DNA of 64,000 nucleotides from Myxococcaceae bacterium (GTDB lineage Bacteria; Myxococcota; Myxococcia; Myxococcales; Myxococcaceae): NCBI GenBank assembly GCA_016926755.1, contig JAFGNZ010000231.1, positions 1,008 to 65,007 of the forward strand, read 5' to 3'. Shown piece by piece: positions 20,705 to 28,435 of this stretch (position 1 is its first letter; each line of letters starts with the position of its first letter). The notes under the pieces were generated by a model. It saw only the letters and a program-made list of their open reading frames with translations, ran no database searches and was not told where the DNA came from. The position numbers and the translations under genes were made by a program.

Positions 20705-21270
20705 CCTCTCCCCTCCGCCCTGCCCCGAGCCTCGACTCGGTAATCCTCGAGATAGAAATGAAGCGCCGGCGGCCGATGCCCCGGCTTCTTCGCGGCGGCG
20801 CAGAGCTCGGGCGTCACCTCCGGCAGCCGCTGGATCGAACGCCACACCTGGCCCGCGGGCCGGCGGAACACGCCGAGCACGACGACGAACGTCGCGTCCG
20901 GCTCCCGCTTGAGCTGCCGCGTCAACGTCTGCCCGGGCTCGAGCGTCAGCTCGTCCATGGCGAGCAGATCGTCCTCGAGCACCTCCTTGGACCGCTGCCA
21001 CACGTCCTGGAACTCCGCCGCTTCCAGCCGGCGCACATCCTTGAGCTGGAGCACCTGGACGATGGTCGACAGGGAGTTACCCCGGTCGTCCGGATTGAGA
21101 CGTTCACTGGCTTCCAGGAGCACGGCCAGCGGAGGTGGCTCCTTGCATGGCTCGGGCGGTGGCGTGGTTGCACATGCACCCACACAGACCGCGAGCCCCA
21201 GCGTAAGCGCCACCCGCACGCCGCATCCCCCCCAGCTGTCCCAGACCTGCTGCCGCCTCCTGGCCAGCAT
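20701..21270 (-). CDS. tssJ: T6SS outer-membrane lipoprotein TssJ (start uncertain, 21270 or 21321)
   Basis: Signal peptide with lipobox (LTLGLAVCVGAC). The small mature protein has TssJ/VasD-like blocks (LNPDDRGNSLSTIVQVLQLKD, FVVVLGVFRRP). It is the first gene of the tssJKLM block. Confidence 0.7.
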   Translation of the reverse strand: MLARRRQQVWDSWGGCGVRVALTLGLAVCVGACATTPPPEPCKEPPPLAVLLEASERLNPDDRGNSLSTIVQVLQLKDVRRLEAAEFQDVWQRSKEVLEDDLLAMDELTLEPGQTLTRQLKREPDATFVVVLGVFRRPAGQVWRSIQRLPEVTPELCAAAKKPGHRPPALHFYLEDYRVEARGRAEGRG

Positions 21271-21453
21271 GCAAACCCCTGTCAGAGCACGTAGAAAGCG
21301 GGTGAACGCTGCCACAGCCATACGTTCAGTTCAAGGCAGCGTCCGGATTTGGCGGGCGCCCCCTCGGGAGACACTTTCCGAGCAGGTCGCCAGCCGGCGG
21401 CCCCTGGCTGGACGCGCTGCGTCGGGGCCGCGCGCGAGCGACTCGCCAGCGCC

Positions 21454-22227
21454 TCAGAGGGAGATGCGACGCCACGCGTCAGGAGAGAGGCCCCCGGGAG
21501 GCTTCTCTCGGGCGATGGAGGGGATGTGGAGGTAGTCCTCCTCCGTCGCCAGACCTCGGGCGTCGGCCAGCCGCACCAGGGCCAGCCCCTCCACGGACAG
21601 CATCCCCTCCGTGAAGCGCAGCTCCTCGGGGATGCCGTCCTCCTGGGCCAGGGCCTCGTAGTGATCATTGCGCTCGGAGAGGAAGCGCTCGAGCGACTGC
21701 CCGAAGGCCTCCTCGTCGTTCTCCAGCAGGGCCCGGCAGAGCTCCAGGCGGATGTCGTCCGCGTCCTGCAGCGCCTTCTCATAGCGCGCGAGCAGCGCCT
21801 TGCAGTCCGTGGCGGAGGCGCGCAGGAAGAGGTGCTGCATGAGGAACTCGACGAAGAGGAAGTCCTCCTCGTACTCCTCGCCCTGCACCCACGTGCGGCG
21901 GGAGTGGCGCGCGATCAGGGCCGCCCCTTCCAGATCCCAGGCCGAGAGGGCGTCGAAGAACGGCAGGGACCGGCTCGTCCGCTTGAGGGAGTCATCGGCG
22001 CGCGACAGGAAGTGCGCGAAGGCCCTGCCGCTCTGGTGCAGCCGGAGGTGGAGCTCGCGGGGGTTGGCGGTGAGGAAGAACTCCCCGATGCCCGCGATGC
22101 GGAAGTTCTGGCAGAAGGTGAGGATGGCGCGGAGCGTGCACCGGTTGCTGAGCACCTCTGGCAGCAGCTCCTCCTGGTTCTCGGCCAGGGCATTGCTCAC
22201 GAAGACGGGCAGGAACTGGGAGGTCAT
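21454..22227 (-). CDS. hypothetical all-helical protein, last gene of the accessory island
   Basis: 257-aa ORF. Its ATG (22227) directly abuts the TAG stop (22228-22230) of the KAS-like gene. GC3-rich codons. No family recognised. Confidence 0.55.
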   Translation of the reverse strand: MTSQFLPVFVSNALAENQEELLPEVLSNRCTLRAILTFCQNFRIAGIGEFFLTANPRELHLRLHQSGRAFAHFLSRADDSLKRTSRSLPFFDALSAWDLEGAALIARHSRRTWVQGEEYEEDFLFVEFLMQHLFLRASATDCKALLARYEKALQDADDIRLELCRALLENDEEAFGQSLERFLSERNDHYEALAQEDGIPEELRFTEGMLSVEGLALVRLADARGLATEEDYLHIPSIAREKPPGGLSPDAWRRISL

Positions 22228-23409
22228 CTAGGTGGCACCCACCTGGAGCGAGAGGCAGCCCACCTCTCCCCCATCGGAGCTGGAGATTACCAACGCATGG
22301 TTCGCCCGGGTGTGTCCCCGGGACAGCTCGTGGACGGCGAGGCACACCCCGAGCGCGCCGCTGGCCGCGCCGGTCTCCCCCACCGAGACGCACGGCAGGC
22401 GCAGGCGCGGCTCCTCCACCCGGCCAGCCAGGCGCACCTGGGCGCTGCCCCACTCCATGGCGCGCCACGTCTCGCCGTTGAGGTCCGAGTAGACATCCCC
22501 GCCGAAGGCCCCCGTGGGCTGGGCCTTCTCGAGCGCCTCCAGGAGGCACGCCGCCAGCGCCGCGCCCGTGTTCGGCTTTCGGGAGAGGAAGGCGTTCGGC
22601 TCCAGGCCGGTGGCGACGCCGGTGAGGAACACCGGAGCCCTGGCCTCGCGTCGGGTGGCGCTCGCCCCGGTCTCCAGCAGGAGGCACGCGCCGGCCTCTC
22701 CCGGGCTCAGCCCCGTCGGCGCCACCTCTGTCTTCAGGCGCCTGGAGGACGCGAGCCACTGCAGGGTGAGCGGATCCAGGTAGGAGTCCACGGCGACGAT
22801 CAGCACTCGCTCGAGGCCGCCGCGCGTCAGCCACTCCAGGCCGCGCTTCGCGGCGGCCGCCGTCCCCGCGTGCCCCTGACTGATGATCTCCAGGTGCTGC
22901 GGGCTCAGCGGAAGCTCGAGCATGTCCCACAGCGGCGCGAGGAAGGCCTCTCGGAGCGTCGCCTCCGCCGCCCCCTGATCCTCCTCCTGGAAGCGAGGGC
23001 CATGGGGCTGCGCAGTGACCGCGATCAGCCCCGTCTTCTGCCAGAACCGGGCGTCCTCCCGGCCGGGGAGGCCTGGCACGCGCAGCAGATCCCGCGCGGC
23101 GCCTCGCGCGAGCCGGAGCCAGCACCCGCCGATGTTGAAGCCCTCCGTGTACCCCCGGATGGGGTAGCCCGTGATGGGCACCGGCTCCTGCTCCTCCTCA
23201 TCCATCGCCTGGAAGTAGGAGATCCGCCGAGGGCGGGCGATGCCTGCCCGGATGGCCGCGCAGGAGGCCGGGGCGCTGCGTCCCACGGCCGTCACGAGTC
23301 CACAGCCCGAGATCACCACGGGCACGGCCCGAGCATCCACCCGCGGGAGGGAGGAAGACGGGCGCTTCACGGCCGTGGACGGACGCTGCGATGTCGTCGG
23401 ACGGCTCAT
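22228..23409 (-). CDS. beta-ketoacyl-synthase-like (thiolase fold) protein, catalytic triad apparently not conserved
   Basis: KAS-like blocks: VVISGCGLVTAVG (N-terminal strand), GTAAAAKRGLEWLTRGGLERVLIVAVDS, PGEAGACLLLE, DLNGETW, VGETGAASGALG. There is no A-C-x-S/T-G nucleophile motif (QGHAGTAAA in its place). The start was trimmed to the ATG at 23409, which makes an ATGA overlap with the upstream stop at 23406. Confidence 0.65.
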   Translation of the reverse strand: MSRPTTSQRPSTAVKRPSSSLPRVDARAVPVVISGCGLVTAVGRSAPASCAAIRAGIARPRRISYFQAMDEEEQEPVPITGYPIRGYTEGFNIGGCWLRLARGAARDLLRVPGLPGREDARFWQKTGLIAVTAQPHGPRFQEEDQGAAEATLREAFLAPLWDMLELPLSPQHLEIISQGHAGTAAAAKRGLEWLTRGGLERVLIVAVDSYLDPLTLQWLASSRRLKTEVAPTGLSPGEAGACLLLETGASATRREARAPVFLTGVATGLEPNAFLSRKPNTGAALAACLLEALEKAQPTGAFGGDVYSDLNGETWRAMEWGSAQVRLAGRVEEPRLRLPCVSVGETGAASGALGVCLAVHELSRGHTRANHALVISSSDGGEVGCLSLQVGAT

Positions 23410-24773
23410 GTCGTGAACCACCGGGCGAAGGTGCGGCGAAGACTGTCAGCTCGCAGCTCCCGCGCGGCCTCGAGCTGCTTGCGCTGGACGCGAGCCCAGG
23501 CCCCTGGCTCGAGCCGACAGGCGTCCCGGCTCCGGATGGCCAGCTCCCACCCCAGCACGGGCCGGCGGCGCATGGGGAGCTCCTCCATGAGCGCGGGGAG
23601 GAGCTCCGGCTTCACGGGCTTGCCCAGCAGGTAGCGCCCCCCCTCCTCGAAGTGGGAGCGCGCCTTCTGCCACCAGGCCTCGACGGCCTCCACGCGCACC
23701 TTGCCGGGCAGGGGCTCGGGGCCTGGGAGCACTCCCAGGGCATCCTCTTCCGACGCCTCCCCCTTCTCTTCCTGCGCCTCTTCTTCCTCCTCGCCCTCCG
23801 GCCACTCCTCCGCCGCCTCGGCCCCCTCCTCCTCGTCCGCGAGCACGGACGCGAGCGGCAGCCCCGTGATGAAGGCGAAGGCGTCCGCCGCGAGCGGATC
23901 TCCCTGCTCGCGCAGCGCCGCCAGGGCGGCCTCCGCCGCGGAGAGCCGACCGCTGAACCCGAGCGCCCAGAGCGCCTCGGCACGGCAGGCGGGGTTTCCC
24001 ACCGCGGCGCTCAAGGCCTCGAGCTCCGTGGGCTCGCCGCCGAGCGCTACCGCGAGCAGGGCCGGCCGCGCCTGCGCCTCTCCGGCCTCCACGAGCCGCC
24101 GGCACAGGGCCCAGGCCTGGCGGTTGCCGAGGATGAGCCCCGTCTCGAGGGCGGCCTCACGCACTCGCGGCTCGGACTCCTCGAGCCCCTGCCGCAGCAG
24201 CCCCTCCGCCATAGGGCCCGGCGCGAACCGCGCGGCCCGGATCGCCGCCGCCAGCAGCTCCGGCTCCTCGCCTCTGACCGCGAGCCGCTCCAGGACCGGG
24301 CCCGTATTGGCCTGCCGGGCGCGCAGGACCTCGAGGGCGAAGATCTTGTCGGCGAGCTCCCCGAGCGAGGGGAAGAGCTTGACCAGGGCCGGCGATACGT
24401 CGGGCCGGCCGCTCAACGAGAGCGCCCAGGAGATCCCCTCGCGCACCTCATCCGCGCCCTGGACGAACCAGTCCAGGACGGTGGGCAGCCAGTCCGGCTC
24501 GGTCGACTCCAGCAGCGCGCAGCTCGCGGCGGCGATGCTGGCGGGCTCCTCGCCTTCCAGCGCGGGCAGGAGGAGCCGCTCGGCGGCCGGGCGCCCGGCA
24601 ATGACGAGCCCCTCGACATGCGCGAGCAGGCGGGCCTCATCCCCCTCCGCGATCTCGGCCAGCACGTAGTCCGACGCCAGCAACGAGCGCTGCCGCTGCT
24701 CCCACAGGAACGCCGCCTCCTGGAGGTGTTCCCTCAGGACATCCCAGAGCAGTGGCGGGCGTGAAGGGGGCAT
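23406..24773 (-). CDS. HEAT/ARM-repeat protein, TIGR02270-like
   Basis: 455 aa of repeated helical hairpins (LWDVLREHLQEAAFLWEQR..., EVREGISWALS, RVREAALETGLILG, RAEALWALGFSG). It has an acidic insert (ADEEEGAEAAEEWPEGEEEEEAQEEKGEASEEDA). From memory it resembles the TIGR02270 family seen next to vgrG modules. Confidence 0.6.
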   Translation of the reverse strand: MPPSRPPLLWDVLREHLQEAAFLWEQRQRSLLASDYVLAEIAEGDEARLLAHVEGLVIAGRPAAERLLLPALEGEEPASIAAASCALLESTEPDWLPTVLDWFVQGADEVREGISWALSLSGRPDVSPALVKLFPSLGELADKIFALEVLRARQANTGPVLERLAVRGEEPELLAAAIRAARFAPGPMAEGLLRQGLEESEPRVREAALETGLILGNRQAWALCRRLVEAGEAQARPALLAVALGGEPTELEALSAAVGNPACRAEALWALGFSGRLSAAEAALAALREQGDPLAADAFAFITGLPLASVLADEEEGAEAAEEWPEGEEEEEAQEEKGEASEEDALGVLPGPEPLPGKVRVEAVEAWWQKARSHFEEGGRYLLGKPVKPELLPALMEELPMRRRPVLGWELAIRSRDACRLEPGAWARVQRKQLEAARELRADSLRRTFARWFTT

Positions 24774-24790
24774 GCGGTGGGAGCCTCGTC

Positions 24791-25390
24791 TCAGACGATC
24801 TCCAGTTCCTCCAGGAAGATGTTGGTGAGCTTGCGCGCCTTGAACTCCCTCACGAGCTCGATGTCCACCGCATACGCCATGGGATCCTTGTCGATGCGAA
24901 AGAGCGGGGGAGCCTTCTGCACCTTCTTCCGGGACAGGACGTACTCATCGATCTCGATGATCTCATCCGGATCCTCGTCATCCCAGGTGATCTCGCTCGC
25001 CTTCATGTCGAGGCAGTCCACGGTGCCGATGGGATTGATGATGAAGTAGTCGCGGCTGTAGATCCGCTTGCGGTGATCGTAGAGCGTGAACGGCAGGAAC
25101 TCGATGTCGTTCTTGCAGAGCTTCTCGATGGCGGCCTTGAGCTCACCCGATCCGATGAGCAGGTTCTCGGTGTTGCCCAGAAACGAGGCGAGCTTGATCC
25201 CCGGGCTGTCCTTGCTCATGTAGATCCGGGGATCCTGGGGGTAGTTCGCTCCGACGCGCTCCCCCAGGCTCAGCGCGGTGTCGGCGGCGCCGATCCCCCG
25301 GACCGTGTCGTGGATCACGCACAGCTCCTCGTCATTACTGTCGCCCAGCAGGTCCCACAGGAAGAACCTCCTGGCATTGCTTCCGCTCAT
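24791..25390 (-). CDS. Imm11 (DUF1629)-type immunity protein for the adjacent AHH nuclease
   Basis: Track ORF trimmed to the ATG at 25390 (MSGSNARRFFLWDLLGD...). 199 aa, starting 19 nt after the toxin stop. The C-terminal pattern YFIINPIGTVDCLDMKASE...PPLFRIDKDPMAYAVDIELVREFKARKLTNIFLEEL fits Imm11. Visibly lower GC than its flanks. Confidence 0.65.
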   Translation of the reverse strand: MSGSNARRFFLWDLLGDSNDEELCVIHDTVRGIGAADTALSLGERVGANYPQDPRIYMSKDSPGIKLASFLGNTENLLIGSGELKAAIEKLCKNDIEFLPFTLYDHRKRIYSRDYFIINPIGTVDCLDMKASEITWDDEDPDEIIEIDEYVLSRKKVQKAPPLFRIDKDPMAYAVDIELVREFKARKLTNIFLEELEIV

Positions 25391-25409
25391 ATGAATGAAC
25401 CCTCCAGCA

Positions 25410-26300
25410 TCAGGAGATGCCGTCGATCCCGACGGACCCCTTCTTCTTCTTGGGCTTCGTGGAGGACTGCGCCTTGCCCATGTCATCAAGCGCGTCGCCC
25501 TGCACGTCTCCCGCGGTCATCATCTTCCCCGCATCAATGATCTCGTCGTATAGCTTGTCGGAGAGCTTCTCGATCCTCTTCCGGAGCTTGCGGTACTTGG
25601 GCTCGTCGTGCTTCTGCGCATCCTGGGCCGTGGTCTTGAAGAACTTGTTCAGCTTCGACCAGACGAAGTTGTCGTAGGCCCTGTGGTTGCGGTGCCTGGG
25701 CGTCTTCCGGTGCTTCGGAAGCTGCAACACACGCGCCACCGTCCGGTCCAGCGGGAGGATGAACATGTTCAGCTTGTTGTTGACGTTGTAGCCCTCGTCC
25801 ATGAGCCCGTGCTTGACGACTCGCACGGCGCTCCTCGGCTTCTTGGCCCCCCGCCCCGCCGCGACCAGCGCCTTGCCCAGCAGCCCCTTCGGCACGACGT
25901 GGTGGGCTTCGTGCCAGTAGGGGACGTAGCAGGTGCCTTGGAAGTTCCCCACCGCCACACCCTGGTTGTTCTCCCCCGACTTGTCGACATCCCACGCGTT
26001 GGGAGCCGGGGCGTCCAGGGTCTTCTTGTACCAGGAGGGAAAGAGCGCGCCCTTCTTCGTCCGGGCCTCGGTCTTCACGGGCTGGTTGGCCTTGTGGAGC
26101 GGGCGATACTTCGGCCAGTTGTAGAGCGTCTTCTTGATCTTGGCCTGCTCGTAGGCCTGCCACCGGTAGCTGCAGGTGTTGCCCACCTCGTACTTGCTGC
26201 CCTCGTGGCCGGTGAGGCAGGCCTCGTTGCCTGGACCCTTCTTGTGCTTGGCCTTGAGGCCCCCAGAGTCCTTCCTGTGCGTGTTCCCCATCGGAGTCAC
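25410..26300 (-). CDS. AHH-family HNH/EndoVII nuclease toxin (stand-alone T6SS cargo effector candidate)
   Basis: 296 aa. The motif set PYWHEAHHVVPKG ... YNVNNKLNMFILP ... HRKTPRHRNHRAYDNFV matches the AHH nuclease signature (AHH...N..LP...H..H..Y). The N-terminal region is Lys-rich, and the gene is visibly lower in GC. Confidence 0.7.
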   Translation of the reverse strand: MTPMGNTHRKDSGGLKAKHKKGPGNEACLTGHEGSKYEVGNTCSYRWQAYEQAKIKKTLYNWPKYRPLHKANQPVKTEARTKKGALFPSWYKKTLDAPAPNAWDVDKSGENNQGVAVGNFQGTCYVPYWHEAHHVVPKGLLGKALVAAGRGAKKPRSAVRVVKHGLMDEGYNVNNKLNMFILPLDRTVARVLQLPKHRKTPRHRNHRAYDNFVWSKLNKFFKTTAQDAQKHDEPKYRKLRKRIEKLSDKLYDEIIDAGKMMTAGDVQGDALDDMGKAQSSTKPKKKKGSVGIDGIS

Positions 26301-26331
26301 TCCGGCGCGAGGCCCGCGCCTGCTCGGCGTG

Positions 26332-26844
26332 TCAGTTGATCTGGACCTTGCCGCCGCGGATGCGCTGCCGCTCGTCGGCGTGGGTCACGATGTTGATGCC
26401 CTTGATCTCCACCTCGCCATCCCAGCGCAGCGTGATGCTCGCCTTGCCGCACTGGAGCACCACCTCGTCGCGCCCCTCGATGAGGACGCGCTTGCCGTCC
26501 ACCCGGGCCTCGCGCGGCGCGGCCGGGAGCGGACCGGCGAGGACCGCGTCGAGGTTCGGGGTGGTGCTGGAGGCCTCCTGGCGGAGCCCCACCACCATCG
26601 GCCGGGAGGGCTCCCCTTCCTGGAAGAGGAGCGCCACCGCCTGCCGCGCAGACACGGCCCGCGCGAGCGCCTCCGCCTCCACCGGCACGAAGAGCTCCGC
26701 GGGCAGCGGCCCCCGGAGGTTGCCCGGGAAGTCCACCAGCAGCCGGCCCTCCGCGTCCCTGCCGTGGAGCCACCCCACGCGGGGCTCGCGGATCCGCTCC
26801 TCGGCCTGCACGGTGGGCTCCAGCCCCTTCTCCTCTGGCTTCAT
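26332..26844 (-). CDS. small protein whose C-terminus copies the VgrG C-terminal beta-helix tip
   Basis: Track ORF 26332..27258 trimmed to the ATG at 26844 (MKPEEKGLEP...), 170 aa. Its C-terminus GKASITLRWDGEVEIKGINIVTHADERQRIRGGKVQIN aligns by eye with the VgrG(+) C-terminus GSASLTFKKSGDIVIKGAKIEVTASGDVIIKGGKIGDN. It lies between the PAAR-like gene and the AHH toxin. Confidence 0.6.
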   Translation of the reverse strand: MKPEEKGLEPTVQAEERIREPRVGWLHGRDAEGRLLVDFPGNLRGPLPAELFVPVEAEALARAVSARQAVALLFQEGEPSRPMVVGLRQEASSTTPNLDAVLAGPLPAAPREARVDGKRVLIEGRDEVVLQCGKASITLRWDGEVEIKGINIVTHADERQRIRGGKVQIN

Positions 26845-26873
26845 CGGCCGTGCTCCCCTCTGGGCTCCCACGC

Positions 26874-27359
26874 TCAGTACTTCTCGCCGCATTGGGGGCA
26901 GTCGGGATCCTCGCCGGACTTGCCCAGCGCGATCACGGGCCCCTGCAGCACCGGGAAGGGGGGCGTGTTCTTGTCGTTGTGCAGCATCAGATCGAAGGAG
27001 CGCGCCACGTTCTTGCCCTCGAACATCACGTCGAAGGAGTAGTTGACGAACTCCGCCTTGCCCTTCGTCTTGTTGGAGGCCACCCCGCCGCCCGCCGTCC
27101 CCGCCTCGTCGCCGGAGCTCATCTTGAAGTTCGAGTCGCTCACGCACACCGGCTTGCCCTCCACCTCCACCTTCTTGGTGCCCTTGTCGGTGTCGGAGGA
27201 CTGGGCGATGTTCGGGTAGGGGATGGGGATGGGCCCGCCCGGGCTCGGCGTCTTGCACACGTCCGGGAAGGCGATCGTCGTCCCGTTCGTCTCCTTGTGC
27301 ACCACCGACAGGTTGTTCACACCCACGCTCGTGCTCATGTCGCCGCTCCCCCCGGACAA
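26874..27359 (-). CDS. PAAR-like DUF4150 spike-tip protein, no fused toxin domain
   Basis: 161 aa. FPDVCKTPSPGGPIPIPYPNIAQSSD...VEVEGKPVCVSDSNFKMSSGDEAGTAGGGVASNKTKGKAEFVNYSFDVMFEGKNVARSFDLMLHN matches the DUF4150 PAAR-like pattern. It has a short CxxC tail (DCPQCGEKY). An alternative start is at 27338. Confidence 0.8.
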   Translation of the reverse strand: MSGGSGDMSTSVGVNNLSVVHKETNGTTIAFPDVCKTPSPGGPIPIPYPNIAQSSDTDKGTKKVEVEGKPVCVSDSNFKMSSGDEAGTAGGGVASNKTKGKAEFVNYSFDVMFEGKNVARSFDLMLHNDKNTPPFPVLQGPVIALGKSGEDPDCPQCGEKY

Positions 27360-27449
27360 GGCCGGGCTCCGCAGGGTCTCCCCACTCTAGCAGCCCCTCG
27401 CCACACCGCGTGGTGGCGCGCCAGGCCGCCTCCCAGGCAGCCCGTCACA

Positions 27450-27821
27450 TCATCTCCCCTGGCCCACCTTCGAGAGGACCTCTTGCTGAGCACGGGCCAC
27501 CTCCTCGGCCTTGCCCTCGGGGATGGTGTAGAAGCTCAGCAGGACCGCATCCGGGAGCTGCGGCACCGGCGGTTTGATGGCGAAGAGGAGCTGCTGTCCC
27601 ACCTTCGCGGTATCCGGATCGCCCCAGGCCACGAAGCTCACCTGACGGGGGAGCGCGCCGTGGAGCTGCTTCTCCACGTCGAGCACGATGCGGACCTTCG
27701 CACCGCGCGTCCCCTGGTTGAACACCTCCACCTTCTGCACCTTCCCCACCGCGACGCACCCGCCCTGCGCCAGGAAGTCTCGCAGCTGCTCCGCTTCGAT
27801 GACTTCGATCTTCCCTTGCAT
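27450..27821 (-). CDS. hypothetical cytosolic protein, paralogue of the lipoprotein at 29207..29743
   Basis: 123 aa with no signal peptide. VAVGKVQKVEVFNQGTRGAKVRIVLDVEKQLHGA...FVAWGDPDTAKVGQQLLFAI aligns with VALVKVRKVQALQQGSRGAKVLLEVEVERVLHGA...IQAWGGPDFAQTGRRYIVAI. Confidence 0.6.
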   Translation of the reverse strand: MQGKIEVIEAEQLRDFLAQGGCVAVGKVQKVEVFNQGTRGAKVRIVLDVEKQLHGALPRQVSFVAWGDPDTAKVGQQLLFAIKPPVPQLPDAVLLSFYTIPEGKAEEVARAQQEVLSKVGQGR

Positions 27822-27858
27822 CCGCGACTCCTTGGGTGGCGCAGCGCCCGGGTTGGGT

Positions 27859-28398
27859 TCATCGCCAGGAGGGCTCCTCGTCCACCGTGTGCCAGTTGCG
27901 GTGCACCGCGAAGGCGCGCCCCATGGCCCCGTTCACCAAGACCTGGATGTAGTCCCGCTCCACGCGGATCCCGTTGACGAAGTGCCCCCACCGGGCCACG
28001 AAGACTTCCTCGCCCGCCTGTTCTTCGTAGTCCGCCACCTCCAGCACCGCGTCCTCCGGCGGCTGGGCGGCCTTCTTCGCCACCTCGAGGGCCTGAGCCT
28101 TGGTGAGCCCGCGCCCGCACCGCTCGGAGAAGGCGGCGAAGAGCCACGAGCGCTGCTCCCCCGTCACCGGGCTGTACCGGGTCGAGTACTCGGAGATCCG
28201 CTGGTGCATCCCGAATGTCACCCGCTTGTAGGGCCCTTGCTGCTCCACCCCCTCCGGTCGCGCCTGGATGAAATACTGGAGGTACTGGATGGCCTCAGGG
28301 GTCTCCTGCCTCTCGAGATCCCGCTCCAGCACGCGGAAGACCGCGGCCCGGGCGCGCTCGATGGCTTCTGGATCTTCAGGAGGTGTCTCGCCCGCCAT
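27859..28398 (-). CDS. hypothetical protein with PepSY-like C-terminal module
   Basis: 179 aa. The C-terminus LTKAQALEVAKKAAQPPEDAVLEVADYEEQAGEEVFVARWGHFVNGIRVERDYIQVLVNGAMGRAFAV follows the PepSY-type pattern: helix, then strands, then a v-x-V-d-x-x-x-G hairpin. Confidence 0.5.
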   Translation of the reverse strand: MAGETPPEDPEAIERARAAVFRVLERDLERQETPEAIQYLQYFIQARPEGVEQQGPYKRVTFGMHQRISEYSTRYSPVTGEQRSWLFAAFSERCGRGLTKAQALEVAKKAAQPPEDAVLEVADYEEQAGEEVFVARWGHFVNGIRVERDYIQVLVNGAMGRAFAVHRNWHTVDEEPSWR

Positions 28399-28435
28399 GG
28401 AATTCTCCGTTCACGCGCTCCGAGTGACGCGGTGC

